Below, in pieces: positions 1 through 13,611 of a stretch of 64,000 bases of DNA. Numbering within the stretch: position 1 is the stretch's first letter; every line of letters starts with the position of its first letter. This stretch comes from Malacoraja senta (lineage: Eukaryota), in contig CM075986.1 of NCBI GenBank assembly GCA_038087875.1, positions 6,882,001 through 6,946,000 of the forward strand, given 5' to 3'. The notes beneath the pieces are model-generated. The model saw nothing but the letters and a program-made list of their open reading frames with translations, did no database searches and had not been told where the DNA came from. Position numbers and translations under genes: made by a program.

Positions 1-779
1 CACCCTGGGCGACAATGCTCGGTCTCGTCTCTACTCCAGATAAAAAATGTTTACGTATCGAGCGACCCACGAGAAACGATTAACAATCTCCAAGCTCATT
101 TAATATTACCATGTAACAGAATTCGTCCCCGAACACAATTATAGATTTATCAACGAACCACAGTTGCCTTGGATGACTGGTGCCTTAATTGTACAACAGA
201 CAAGTAAAACAGAAACGCTCGCGGGAAACAAATCAGTCCCAGAACTAAAGGTCTTTCATTAAATTAAAGAATCATCTTCCAGAGCAGCATCAGATAACAG
301 TCTCCAAACGTAGCCTGATTAGAAAAGAAAACTACAACCGATATATTCTCCAACTGACGTCAACAAATATCTAATTACTTCCTCCAAGGTTTTTTCTTTC
401 CGCTTATTTTCTGCACACAGCTCATTTAACATAATGCTAAAAAAAATCAATTGTGAAATCCGTGCTAATATTCACCTTACCTTTTTCAGCATCATCTGTG
501 ATTTTGTTTCGATCTTCCATCTCTCAGTTTGGAAGCATCGCGATTTTTTTTCCCACGTACAGTATTGTCCCAAACTGATAGCCGTCGGTTTAACCTGCAC
601 CCGCAGACTGGTGGGGGTTCGTGGATCTGTCATGTACACGGGAATTCGGAACTCGAGCCTCTTTGAAAAATGATATCATCCACATCATTGAGACTTGCGC
701 CACTGCATCCATTGCAGAAATCCCCAATCGACAGACAAGTGGCAGAATGCAGAAAAAGTCGTATTTACTTTATATAATG

Positions 780-816
780 CGTGTATGTGTGTATGTATGT
801 ATGTGTGTGTGTGTGT

Positions 817-857
<41 letters not shown>

Positions 858-863
858 TGTGTG
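780..863. repeat. (GT)n microsatellite
   Basis: Direct inspection. Confidence 0.95.
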
Positions 864-979
864 TTTTCAGTTCCAATAGTAACTATCAAAGTTTGAAAAA
901 CACGATAGAAGCCCTGAGGAGGACACAGAACCGACCCAAGGTACGGTGGCCAAAAGAATGCTGCAATATACTCACATGG

Positions 980-1160
980 GAAATCATAAAAAGTTCATGT
1001 TCACGGTTGCTATCCACATGACCGGCAGCGGCCAATCGAAGGACCGATCCTCTCATAAAGTTCTATCACAAAGTTGTAAATTTTCATAAAACAACAAGGA
1101 ATTTATTGCATTTCTTCATGACTACTAACAACCGGCCCCCTCGCCGCCATCTTTTGAGCA
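980..1160. promoter_or_regulatory. Probable conserved Hox7-Hox6 intergenic element / upstream promoter
   Basis: CCAAT (1032), clustered Cdx/Hox-type CATAAA and TTTATTG sites, YY1-like GCCGCCATCTTT (1143-1154); resembles the conserved block upstream of Hox6 genes as recalled. Confidence 0.6.
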
Positions 1161-2319
1161 GGAGCGAAATGACAAAAAAAGAATGTTTCTTATTAGATCT
1201 TTTATTTTTTTAAACGTTACGATTTACATAGTATGACTCTTAATCCTCCACCGGTTAAAGTATAACCTCATTCTGCGTGGCACTGCAAGATAAAAGGCGG
1301 CCACAGACATAAAATAATTCTACGAAAGTAAAATTATTCTTATCGTACTCCCTCTGCATTTCCGTTATTTGCGGAATTCTTGTCAAAGAAATGCGGTGTT
1401 CAGTTATTATTTGCGTTTACTACAAATAAATACACCGTTTAGTTCAACGGGATTTGCCTAGCTTCATTTTAAAAGCCAATTTTTACGTTAAATACACTAT
1501 TTTCCCCAAATTAAAAGCGAGCCCTCTATTTCTGTCTCTCTATTTAAGGACATTAACTGTGCATTTTGCATTATTTTATTTGATCGATTCGGTAAATTTC
1601 ATTTGTTCTTTGTATCCCAAATTACAAAAGACAAGGGCGAGGATGCATCGACCGAAATCGGCGAATAGGTTGGATTTATCCCCTTTTATTTTATAATGCG
1701 CAATGTGCCCATGTAATAGAAGGCATCTAAATAACAAATCGTCGGTTTTTGATACTGGAATTAATATACAGAAAACGTTATATTTTTTATGTTATGAATT
1801 GAGTTAACGGGTTCATTCAATGGGGGTCTTTTAAAAAAGAATATTTACTCCTATTTTCCGACAAACCTATTTTTATTGAAGAAGGATAACGTTGGTTGGG
1901 TAAATTAGATTGTTATAGATTGTATGGAATGCACAATGGGATAAATGTTACAATTGGTGAATTGGGCTACATAGATGACTTTGATATCCGATCCCTAACC
2001 CGACCCCATTGTCTTTGCAGTTTATTATACCTTTTAGATACTGCTAGAATTACAACTCCCACAAAACACTTTCTTTCAGCATGTTCTTTCGTTGGTGTTG
2101 TGGTTAATTGCCTCTTTCTGTTTCAGTGGGAGAGTTGGTTTTAAAAACTCGAGTACCAAAATACGAATTCAAAGAGGAATGTTCCATTCATATGGGCTCT
2201 TCTTGACTTGGACTCGGCATTCTATATATTTTTTTAATTAGGGATATTTGTGTCAGTGTGGGTGCTGCATAAAATACAAAGTTTTACTTCGAAGCACAAT
2301 AACGAAAAAATGTCCTCAT

Positions 2320-2325
2320 TTTATT
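2320..2325 (-). terminator. Candidate HoxB7 polyadenylation signal
   Basis: AATAAA on minus strand ~540 nt after the stop, followed by U-rich sequence. Confidence 0.55.
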
Positions 2326-2764
2326 TCACAGAACAGTTTACATCCGTCATGGTAAAACGCGCAATCCTAACAAACATATATGGTCCATTCTTAAATATTA
2401 AAAAATGTACAGAGAAATAATCCTCAACACTTTCACTAGAACACCAATTTATATATTTAACTCTAACAGGAGTTTATACGGGACACACATTGATAACCTG
2501 TACACGGGTTGTGACTACACATAGATCCTTTTCGAAACTATACTTACAAACCAGAAATTACACCAAGACAGTAACAAATATAAGGTCACTGATTTTTTCT
2601 CCATTAAATACACATGGTAAATTAATGCTAATTACAATAACGGCCAATTCACCACACCAGAAAGCCTAATGCACATACTATATATAACTTTACTTGTACA
2701 ATATAGACTTGGGTTATTCCCTCTATCTGTACAATACAGACTACAAGTCGAACAGTTACGGATT

Positions 2765-2772
2765 TAGGTAGT
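2765..2772 (-). promoter_or_regulatory. miR-196 8mer seed site in HoxB7 3'UTR
   Basis: mRNA ACTACCTA about 95 nt after the stop codon. Confidence 0.8.
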
Positions 2773-2867
2773 ATTCTGTTTCAGTGTTAAGAAATGCGGA
2801 ACAAATTCCTCCATTTGTTTAAAAAGTCATTGCTTATGCCTCTAAGTGTTTAGAGTTTATTTGTTCT

Positions 2868-3179
<312 letters not shown>

Positions 3180-4824
3180 TCAACAGTCTCTTAAAAATTT
3201 AGCATTGCTCCCCCAGCCCTTCATGCTCGTCACGAATTCCACCATTTCCCCCCGAATTTCTCATTGACAGATACAATAAATTGCTGTCGGAAACTAACAG
3301 AGTTCAATCAATATAAAGTTTGTATTGGTGCATTTGAAAGAAGGACTGACTTGGTTCTTTATGAGAGAGAATTTACAATGTTTAAACTGCACTGAAAGGT
3401 TTGAACCGACTGTCATGTACTGCAACTCAAAAACATATTGACTTTAATTTTCTATTAGGTATTACTTTTAAGATAGAGTTTTTTTTGTATTAGCTGAGTA
3501 GCCTTAACCTATTGATGGATGGTTATTGTGCTACATCCTAAGAGCTCTCTGGATTAGGTGAATTAATGTTATGTAACCTGAAACTGACAGGTAGCTAGAA
3601 AATGGATACAACAATTTGGTTTGGAGAATAACATCGTGGTGCACTCTGTTGCCACGGTTGTGTTGGAAAGCAGCAATCTTCAAATATATTAATGTTGGTG
3701 CTTTTCATCCATATGCGGGACAAAATAAAACAAAGGTAGATGAAGGGCAGAAAACAGCCCGCGCTGGTCTGGTTCCGAAAGTGGGATACTGTTGCTAAGG
3801 AGCAACCGCCCCCACAACGACCCCCATCCTAACCCCGCCACCTCCCCACCCTCAACCAAGTGCGCGCACACACACACATGCACACGCGCACACACAATCT
3901 CTCTCGCACTTTCCTTTCTCTCATACACGTATACACTCACAGACATNNNNNNNNNNNNNNNNNNNNNNNNNNNNNNNNNNNNNNNNNNNNNNNNNNNNNN
4001 NNNNNNNNNNNNNNNNNNNNNNNNNNNNNNNNNNNNNNNNNNNNNNNNNNNNNNNNNNNNNNNNNNNNNNNNNNNNNNNNNNNNNNNNNNNNNNNNNNNN
4101 NNNNNNNNNNNNNNNNNNNNNNNNNNNNNNNNNNNNNNNNNNNNNNNNNNNNNNNNNNCTAAATAACGTACATCCACACCGGAGCTTCAGTATCCCTGGC
4201 GATCTTAATCTTACTGTTTACACCTCAGTATTTCCTACGCAACTGGATATATTTGATGATATTTGGGGGGTATCGTCGGCCACCTTTTTGCCCTCCCCGA
4301 TCTATTTCATATCACATGCACCCCCACGTCCCAACTCCCCCATGCCACCCACCCCCAACCCCCGACCTCCTCCCTTTCCAACTGCATCCGCAGCGCCCAA
4401 TAGCACGCTGTGACTCGGAAACCCCGAGAGAAACTTTCAAGCGAAGCAAAATCGAAACAGATTAAGGCGAGATAAACATTTTTAAAAAAAGGGCGACTTG
4501 AGTCTCGGGGGATGTTCCGGATTCATTGTCTTTTTTTCTTGATGGGAAAGAACAAAGGTTGGTGAAGGCGCACGAGACCAAAAATGATTCTTCGATGTGT
4601 GTAAATGTGTTTGTATTTCAATGGTCAACTTTAAAGCCTCCTGACAATTATTTAAGGTATTTCTAACACGGAGCCAATATAATCCAAATCACTGACTTAA
4701 TTGCTGGTGGGGGGAGACCATTGAATTTTATGCCCCTGTTTAGTGAACGTCATGAATGAACACAACACCCTCATGCAATAAACTCATTCACGGCCCCTCA
4801 CATTTGATGTGACTTTCCACATAC

Positions 4825-5224
4825 CTGAGCTCTTCATCCAGGGATAGATCCGGAAGTTCTCCGAATGCGGATCTACCTCTCTTTGCTCCGACTTGCTGCA
4901 ACTCTGCTTGCAAGAATCCCCGGCGCCGCACATCATTGATGAGATATTGTGATCGAATGAGGAGCAGTGCATGTTAAAGGAGTTCGCGTTGAGGCCATAA
5001 GGAGACGTGTACATGGTCGGGGTCTGCTGGTGCAGACTGTTGCCTGTGCTGTACAGACCCGGCACTGTGGCAGCGTACGAAGCCGAGCCTGAGCCGTAGC
5101 CAGACCGCTGGGAGTTTGAGGCAAAAGCGCAAGAAGTTGGTTCCGAAAATACCCCCGTTGGAAAAACAGAAGTTCCGGCTGTATATTTCGAAAATAAAGC
5201 ATTCGCATAATACAATGAACTCAT
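4825..5224 (-). CDS. HOXB7: HoxB7 exon 1 (400 nt, phase-1 junction)
   Basis: N-terminus [14 protein letters not shown] is typical of HoxB7; hexapeptide IYPWMK; donor AG|GTATGT at 4825/4824; the 5'UTR TCGTAAAACCGACACT...GGCCAAATTATG resembles vertebrate HoxB7 as recalled. Confidence 0.95.
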
Positions 5225-5400
5225 AATTTGGCCGGTGATTTGTTGGCCGGGACGTTTCAGTGTCGGTTTTACGAGGTACGGTGATATATTACGGAATTAG
5301 AGTCCAGATTTACACCAAAAGAACCCCTTTTTCCTCCCGATGCACGTGATAATGGCACGTGACACGCCGGGCCAATGAGAGCCAGGTTACCCATTGCTTC
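5225..5400 (-). promoter_or_regulatory. HoxB7 proximal promoter / 5'UTR
   Basis: Two CACGTG E-boxes (5343-5348, 5356-5361), CCAAT (5372-5376), TTTTACGA Abd-B-type site. Confidence 0.65.
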
Positions 5401-6173
5401 CTTGGTTGATGTTAAAAAAAAATATTTCCAGATCAAAAGAAAAAAATTCCTGCATCCAAATATTAATGTGACCAACTTTAATTATAAAACACGGAGCGAC
5501 CGGTTTCAGTTTGGAGGTTTGGTTTGATCGATTATTTAGATAAAATTTTAAGAAAATCGATTCGTTTACTGCAGGTTGGAATCAGATTACTGTGGAAAAC
5601 TCATTTGTCAAAACAGCATATTTTTTTGGCCCGTTTACGTTCTAATAAAGCCTGCTATAACTTCCTATAATCGATATCCACCTTCAGATCGGTCCCTGGT
5701 CGGACCACAATCTCTAGGACCTATTTTCCCAATTGGAAATTGCAACGGTCTGATACACACAAACAAAAAAAAATGTGCTCACACTATTATTGCTCCACTA
5801 TTATTGCTCGCAAATATTGCAGCGTGGATAGCTACTTGTTCTTTTCCAAAGGGGGGGGGGGGATTTAAAAGGGGGGGGGAGGCAGGAATGTGAGTGCAAA
5901 TGAGGCAAGGCAACTCTGAACATTAACAGGATGCTAATCATGAAAGTCAGAAAGACAAATCGAGTCAAGTGTGTGATAGCCATGTATTATTGATACTCTG
6001 ATGTGCACACTTTTCAATAACAATATCCGTCCACCTATCTGTTCATTTGGCTGTTGCGATATGGCGTGCATATTATTTATTTTTTTGCCAAATCTCACTT
6101 TTAACAAAATCCATTTACAAGGGAAAAGAAACCAAGCCAGTTCACAGTTGTGCTTTTTTTTTCGCTGGTAAAG

Positions 6174-6179
6174 TTTATT
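6174..6179 (-). terminator. Candidate HoxB8 polyadenylation signal
   Basis: AATAAA on minus strand downstream of the miR-196 site. Confidence 0.5.
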
Positions 6180-6448
6180 GTCCCCCTTTCCGCCGCTTGC
6201 ATGTTCAAACAATAGTCCAATTCTGTGTATAACAATAATGCACCACCGGTTCGAACCACCTCGCCGCACCTCCCCCAATAATTGCAATTCGCGTTTACAG
6301 TAGGTTTTCTCACAGTTAAAACTGAAGGGTTATTTTCTCCACGTTTCGTAAAAAAAAACAGACTTTGCCATGCCATCTTGAGGAAAACAATTTTATAAAT
6401 ACACCAAAGCCGTAAACAATAACACAATCTAAATAGCTAAAGCTTAAA

Positions 6449-6470
6449 TAGGCAGCTTCATGTTGTTGGG
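6449..6470 (-). promoter_or_regulatory. Near-perfect miR-196 target site in HoxB8 3'UTR
   Basis: mRNA CCCAACAACATGAAGCTGCCTA pairs with all 22 nt of miR-196a, with G:U at miRNA positions 5 and 8. Confidence 0.93.
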
Positions 6471-6816
6471 ATTTTATAAGCTAATAGTTATTAGCTGATG
6501 TAGTGCAGACGGCTTAAATATACTACAATGCTATTTCAACACACAAACTAGTACATTGTTCTATAAACTTCACGTTAAATACTTTACAGAAACTCACTTA
6601 AATAGCTAGACAGTTACACAATGACATGTACATGTCTGGTACAAAGTTGAAATGGTCCCATTAGTCTACATCTTCATAGATTTCCGTACAATGTTTTTTT
6701 TTGTATTATACAGTATTCAGTAACATTTGTTCTGCTTCTCACACCCACACAACTTAAAATTTGTCAACCTCATCGTATCATTTCCCTTCCTTATTTTATC
6801 GAATGGTTAGTTGTTA

Positions 6817-7103
6817 TCATTGCTGTTCATCGTTGTCTTCATCTTCCTTTACTTCCTTCTCTTTCGGACTCTCCTCTATTTCAGACTTACTGCTGGGAAA
6901 CTTATCCTTGTTATTTTCCTTTTTCCATTTCATTCTTCTGTTTTGGAACCAAATTTTGACTTGCCTCTCGGTTAGTCCCAGGGCGTGCGACACTTCGATC
7001 CGCCGTTTGCGAGTTAGATATGGATTGAACAAAAACTCCTTCTCAAGTTCGAGTGTCTGATAACGACTGTACGTTTGTCTTCCTCTGCGCCGTCCTGCAG
7101 CTA
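6817..7103 (-). CDS. HOXB8: HoxB8 exon 2 (homeodomain)
   Basis: [70 protein letters not shown]; CAG|TAG acceptor; 427+287 nt = 237 aa + stop. Confidence 0.96.
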
Positions 7104-7114
7104 CTGAGTAACAT

Positions 7115-7219
7115 AGGGAGGGAGAGAGGGAGAGAGAGAGAGGGAGAGAGAGAGGGGGGGAAGAGAGAAAGAGAGGGAGAGGGAGAGACATTGAGAGAGA
7201 GAGAAAAGGGAGAAAGGAG

Positions 7220-7259
<40 letters not shown>

Positions 7260-7430
7260 GGAAAGAGGGGGAGAAAGTGGGGGAAAGAGAGGGAGAGTGT
7301 GAGAGAGATAGAGAATGAGGAAGGGAGATAGAGAGGGAGAAAGACAGAAAAGGAAAGAGAGGGAGAAGGAGAGAGGTGGGGGTGGGGGGAGAGAGGGAGT
7401 GAGAGAAAAGGGAGAGAGGAGAAAAGATGG
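7115..7430. repeat. GA-rich low-complexity tract (polypyrimidine on the sense strand) in HoxB8 intron
   Basis: ~310 bp of almost only purines on + strand, abutting the 3' splice site. Confidence 0.95.
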
Positions 7431-7801
7431 AGAAACAGTCAGCTTCTGTAAGTGTTATAGAGGGGTAACCTAAACAAGATTCAAACACTATTAAACATTA
7501 TTCAACATCTTGGGATGAAATACGCCATAAAATTGCAATAAAGCTACAAAGAGCACGTAATATACTACACTTAAATACGCCTTCAGGATCATTAAAGTAT
7601 AAAGTAATTTACAAGTGTTGAAGTTTAGAATCATAAAACACTAAAGTTACAGTCTTTCCTTTATTGGCTCAGGAAATGAACCTTACTGCCTTTATTTTAA
7701 TGTGTGCCTGTGTGTGTGTGAGTGAGTGCCCGTGTGCGAGAGACTTTACCCCTTATCCTGGCTATCTCCCCTTTTTTATTTTTTGTTTGCTCATATCTCA
7801 C

Positions 7802-8228
7802 CTTGCGGTCTCATCCACGGGAAGAGCTGTGTCGGAGATGAACTCTGTTCTGAATTCTCTGCTTCTTCTCCTAGGCTGTTCGCCGTCGACTTACAGTCGG
7901 GATATTGAACCAGCTCGGCCTCTTGTTGTGCGGCGAAAATTGGCTGCCTCTGCAAGGCATCGTAGCCGTAGAAACTGCCGGGATCCCCGTGACACGTCAC
8001 CGTACACGGATTCTGTTGATACGCGGAGGTGGAGAGAGTGGCTGCGCCGTGATGGTAAAACTCCTGGATCTGGCCGGGGTGTTGGAAGCTCCCCCCGCTG
8101 CCCGGTCCATAGACCACGGTGGCTCTAGTGCCCAGGTCTTGGCTGAACCCGCAGTCATAATAATTGGGACGCAGGGAGTCCCCACTTTTATACTTGGAAA
8201 ACAGCGAATTCACAAAGTAGGAGCTCAT
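7802..8228 (-). CDS. HOXB8: HoxB8 exon 1 (427 nt, phase 1)
   Basis: [26 protein letters not shown]...QLFPWMRPQ; donor AG|GTGAGA at 7802/7801. Confidence 0.95.
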
Positions 8229-9084
8229 CTGGAAAGGACTATGTCTTTCAGCTGAACGCAGGGAACTTAGTGTTTGGTAAACAGACAATCAAACAAGCCA
8301 AGGATTTTTTTTCTGGGAAAATTAAGCCTTCATCTTATTGATCTTAACACACGGGATCCAGGCATCACATCGTCCTGAAGAGGTTCGCTCATAAACCGTT
8401 TTCTGTGATTTACTTCAGCCCAAATGAGTTGTTTCATATTTTGCCGTCTCTTTTCATGATAATTTGCATTTATTAGCCCGACCACGTCCTATTGGCTTTG
8501 CTTACTCCGTACGGACACTGTACCGCGTGAAAAGGGAATGGTGAGAGAGAGAGAGGGAATGGGAGAAAGATAGAGAGGGGGGAATATGCGGATTAATATA
8601 TTCCACCGTGTTCATTACCGGGATATCAGCCGCTTTACAACAGATGAAATACATACGCCACCAAAAGATTGATAAGGGGACGTATCTATGCTGTTGTGAA
8701 GTAGAGGATGGAGAGAGACGTTAATTTCCAAACCATTTAATGAGTATATGCGTCTCTTTTAAAGGTCAGAGTTACATCAACAAGACATGGAAGTACAGTG
8801 GCAAACCTAAAATCTAATTACCATCAACATTGGACCTAATTGCTATATTTCCTCCCAAGTTATTGCAGTGTAGCGACATGTCCAGCAGCACTCGTATGCA
8901 AATTATTGGGGTTTAAAAAAAAACATATATATATATTTAATCTTAATAAGGAGTTCTAGTGGTATTTAACAATTTAATGACCCGTTTGCCTATTATTAAT
9001 AAAGCCCTTTATCTGGTGCTTGGACGGACTCTGGAACAGTTACAGTCATCTGAGAACTATATGAAAGAGATTAAGGAACTGTAA

Positions 9085-9240
9085 AGCGCAATAAAAGCGC
9101 AGCCTGTTATTGTTTATAACATGCAGTGAACGGCAGTTAGTGATTTTATGAGACGCTCTGTGCTGAGCAGTAAAATATAGTTTTTTTGAAGTGGACTCTC
9201 TCTGTCCGCTTACTATTTTAAACCATAAACTTATACATAA
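9085..9240. promoter_or_regulatory. Cdx/Hox site cluster upstream of HoxB8
   Basis: GCAATAAAA, TTTATAAC, TTTTATGA, GTAAAA and CCATAAA within 150 bp; Hox8 genes are known Cdx targets. Confidence 0.45.
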
Positions 9241-11877
9241 ATAGTATATATATGCAACAACGTTTAATATAAAAAAAGGAATTATGGACTAGTCCCTACG
9301 GGCTTACAATGTATATTGCAAATTTGGCCTCATTAAAGTTGTTTTAGCTACCAACAGACACAACATTTTCCCTCCTTCTGCCGGCAAGTGTAATGACTCC
9401 AAATAAAGCAGAGACTGAAATAGAGCTGCTTCGAACCCTTTTTATNNNNNNNNNNNNNNNNNNNNNNNNNNNNNNNNNNNNNNNNNNNNNNNNNNNNNNN
9501 NNNNNNNNNNNNNNNNNNNNNNNNNNNNNNNNNNNNNNNNNNNNNNNNNNNNNNNNNNNNNNNNNNNNNNNNNNNNNNNNNNNNNNNNNNNNNNNNNNNN
9601 NNNNNNNNNNNNNNNNNNNNNNNNNNNNNNNNNNNNNNNNNNNNNNNNNNNNNNNNNNNNNNNNNNNNNNNNNNNNNNNNNNNNNNNNNNNNNNNNNNNN
9701 NNNNNNNNNNNNNNNNNNNNNNNNNNNNNNNNNNNNNNNNNNNNNNNNNNNNNNNNNNNNNNNNNNNNNNNNNNNNNNNNNNNNNNNNNNNNNNNNNNNN
9801 NNNNNNNNNNNNNNNNNNNNNNNNNNNNNNNNNNNNNNNNNNNNNNNNNNNTACAATTGAAATTATTTGCAACGAAATGACAGTGCAACCTAAAATCCAA
9901 TGTTAACTTGAGGGAAAGTCTGGCAATCTTAGGCCATATTTTTAACCATCGTTTGCTATTAAACCCTTGAAGAAAACCAGTAATAATGAATTATATTGAA
10001 TCCAATGTTAATTTTTAAGTGTTATCATTTATTTGTGACGATTGACTGTGAACTATTTCCAACTAATATGAAAGCCTGGAGAACAACGCCGAAACCGTTT
10101 CCGGTGAATAGACCCAATACTTTGGTTTTGAGGACACGTTAACAAGAAGCTAAGATCGCTTTAACGGGTCTTGCAAGTTGCAATCATACATTTTAATCAG
10201 AATACACCCGCTTCTTTGAATAGGCAATCAGAATATCCATGTCCAAACATAAGCCTGGCCCAAATCAACAGCTTTCTCCCCCTCGTCATAGTTTAAAAGT
10301 TAGTTTAAAATTTAACTTATTTGAACGTCAAGTGAAAAATCAAACTTTCGGGCATCAATCCCACTGCATTTATCCAATATAACCACAGTTATTGCGTCTT
10401 TAGTTATTCATTCATTTCTACCGATCTCTCTACCCGTGCAACCTTTTTCCGACTACTTATTTTGTGATATTTAAATAGGACGATTTACTCTAAGTATCTG
10501 CCAGTATGGCTGCATGAAAGATGAAAATTCTGAAGATTTCTGAGCTGTCTATTTCGATTCTCTTTTGCAAGAGGGACACTGGAAATGACGAAGACCTGAA
10601 CGAACTGGTGCCGGAAAAGTAACACGTCCAAACTTATTGTGTAGAAGTAGTTGTGATTATTAGAGATAGCGGGTTATTATAATGGTGCTTTGTTGGCCAG
10701 TGAAATATGGTCAACTGATCGAATAAGAAAAGTGATTCAAATATATTCACCGAACTTAGTTAGTTATGTGAAATACTTAACAACTTTCAAACAAGATTCG
10801 ATTCTGGACATCTTCACGTTTTCAAACGATTTGCTTGAAAAAGCAGTTGCATTAAACTTCAGATATTTTTTTAGGGGGGTGAGAATAGATAAATTCTGTT
10901 CTGGAATCGTTGGCTAAAAGGCCTCTCTTCGAAAGTTTGTCCTATACATTTACCTGTACCTGCCTTTCTCTGACTGAAATTAAAATAATTTAACACTGCT
11001 CCACTTTTCCACAAGATTACAGGAAAACTTTCAGATTGTTATCTCTTGTTACATTCATTTTAGCAATGCCTCTTACTACTCGTACTGGTCCATTACACAT
11101 AGATTATCCCCCCCCCCCCCCCCCCCCCCCCCGCAGTTTACATGCAAAATTGTTAAATAGAACGGATTTTTTTCTCGATTTAAGCCAATAAAAGATTTTT
11201 TTTTAATGCGATTTTGCTGCAACATAGACTAACAAGATTATTACCAATCCCGCGAAAAACGCACGGAGATACCTGGTTTGAACGCGGTCCTCTTGTAACT
11301 ACACTTGGTTAATTAGCTGACGAATTTTTAGAGCTTTTTCGCGAAACTGATATCAGACGGCAAAAAAAGTCCACAACTTGCGAATGTCCATCCCGCGAAG
11401 ACACACGTGACTGTTGTTCTATGATGAGGTATTGCGGCCGTGACGTATTTGGATGGTTCTGGGATGTTTGGTTCATATTGCGGACTTCTCAGCATCTTGT
11501 GTTTTAATAATTGTATCACACTATCAGCAACCTGCATCATTTTATGACTTTAGTTAAATTTTATCGGAAACTATTCACAATTGACATCTTCAGTTTGGAT
11601 TTAAGCATTTAAATATTGTGCATTTAGAAAGCGGCATTTTGTAAACTCTTTGGCTCCACAGACATACACACACACTAAGGCGCCTGCACATGCACACACA
11701 CAGCAACACGCACACATGCACACAAACATACATGTACACGAAGTTGTCACACACAACGATGACTATAATTTTCAAATCTATTCGGGAAACAAATCCATTT
11801 CTACTGAAATAGTTTCCCGAAATGTTTATATTTATTTCTGAAGCCAATGTTCTTGGGAGTATTTCACAACATTCATG

Positions 11878-11879
<2 letters not shown>

Positions 11880-11952
<73 letters not shown>
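11880..11952. repeat. (TA)n microsatellite
   Basis: Direct inspection. Confidence 0.95.
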
Positions 11953-11953
<1 letters not shown>

Positions 11954-13592
11954 CATAGAACATGGAACATTACAGCGAAGTAGCAGCAGTATAGGCTTAT
12001 GCCGAGACACCGTTTCTTTTCCCACTGACGACCAGTTCAATTGCTAAATGGAATAACACAAATAAAACGCAGTTAATTGTGTATCTGTGCGCTCGTGCCG
12101 CCTTATGGGATAAATGTTGATAATTTAACGGATGAATAGCATCTCACTGGAGTTTAATCAGAAATTAATAGAATGCGAGCATCATATACGAAAGGGAAAA
12201 CATCCTCGAAATTGTCTTGTTTGAATTTCAAACTCGCCAGCTTGGTGTGTATAGTGAGTCGTGAACCCATAGCCACACATCCTGCACACAACAACTTCAG
12301 ATAGGAATTGTACATGGTCGTAATTGCAAATTATTAAATACATATATCCGCAGTTCCCGGTAGAGATTTCAAAGAGTTAAAATGTAAAACTGTCCTCAAA
12401 AGTGATTGTACTCGGAGCTTTTATCTTACATTTCTGCGCTCTCCCCCCCCCCCCCCCCCCCCCCCGCCCGCCCACTGCTCTCAAAGTATGGGCCACGGAT
12501 TGACCATGAAGAATATGTATATATGCAGTCCAGGAAAATAAGACAGAATGAATGGTAAACACTGTAGAATAAAATAAACAGGGACAGAACCAGATTTTAA
12601 AAACGTGCTAAAGCGTTCCCTTCATTTTGAGGCAGGTCTAGTGCCGAGGTTGAAGTCAGTCCTATTTTGTCGGAGACCTATTTCAAATGACTGCTGTTCC
12701 TCAACCTTTTTGTTATATACATACCAAGACTGCATTTCGCTTTCACCTGAACGCGGCAGATCAATCTAAAGCTGAATCGCAAAACTTTTCAAAATGGTGT
12801 CAAGGATAAAAACGAAACCAATCAGGTCTGAGATGAATGAAACACGAAGGTCTGAAAATGCCTGGAAGAAATGTCCATGCATGTGTGGGATTTGGTTTGT
12901 TGAATGGAAGACCGTCACACAAATAATAATCAATGCGCGTGAAGCAGTCTAAGATGCATCCAGTGCATTGAGATGTGATGATCTAACGGGGCTGAAAAGT
13001 TCATTTGGAATCTATGCACCCAGATATGATAATATCTACCCAAAGCACGGCCTTTGAGCAAAGAAAGCAACGTTACTTTCCTATCGTTTTGTATTAGGCA
13101 GTCGCAAAGCTCACTGTTTGCTCGCTATCTAGCTGTGCAAACAATAATTTGAAGACCTCATCTTAAACATTTTGCACATTTCCCAGATGTTTCAAGCCTC
13201 GGAAAATTCTCTGCAATAGTGCACTCTCCTTCCTTTTATTGTCCAATGCCGTGGGATATCTTCTCAAAAATGGCCGAATTTTATTTATCCGTAAGTTCTT
13301 GAGACTTACTAAAGCATTTCAAAAAATAATAAAGGCATGAACCATGAAACTTACGTTACTATCCCAAACAAGGTTCTGTGATATTTTGAAGACAATTGGG
13401 GCAAAATATCTGATTAGAACAAAGCTCTCGCAAACATTTTCCGACATGTTATGCTTTTTTTTGTGCAACGGGATCGAGCAAGAATGAAGGTGGCGTGTTA
13501 GAACTATGCTTGTTAAGTACATAAAGGCTTCCGAATCCTGGATTACTGGACTAACGGAAGGTGAACGGTGCATGGTTGAGTTCGGTGGAACA

Positions 13593-13611
13593 CTGCTGCC
13601 ACCTACTGGAA
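13593..13611 (-). promoter_or_regulatory. CTCF motif between HoxB8 and HoxB9
   Basis: Minus strand TTCCAGTAGGTGGCAGCAG matches core CCASYAGRKGGCRS. Confidence 0.65.

Noticed and set aside
434-1021. ORFs with CVCV/THTH runs (also 11590-12047 and 23579-24151)
   Set aside because: Translations of microsatellites
7104-7488. S/L/P-rich N-terminal part of ORF 6817..7488
   Set aside because: It is the translated CT-rich HoxB8 intron; the real exon starts at the 7103 acceptor
8229-8288. 20-aa N-terminal extension of HoxB8
   Set aside because: Starts at a non-ATG codon; the conserved start is MSSYF at 8228
12587-12598. KIWF-coding 12-mer on the minus strand (RIWF also at 43817-43828)
   Set aside because: No flanking homeobox similarity; consistent with chance
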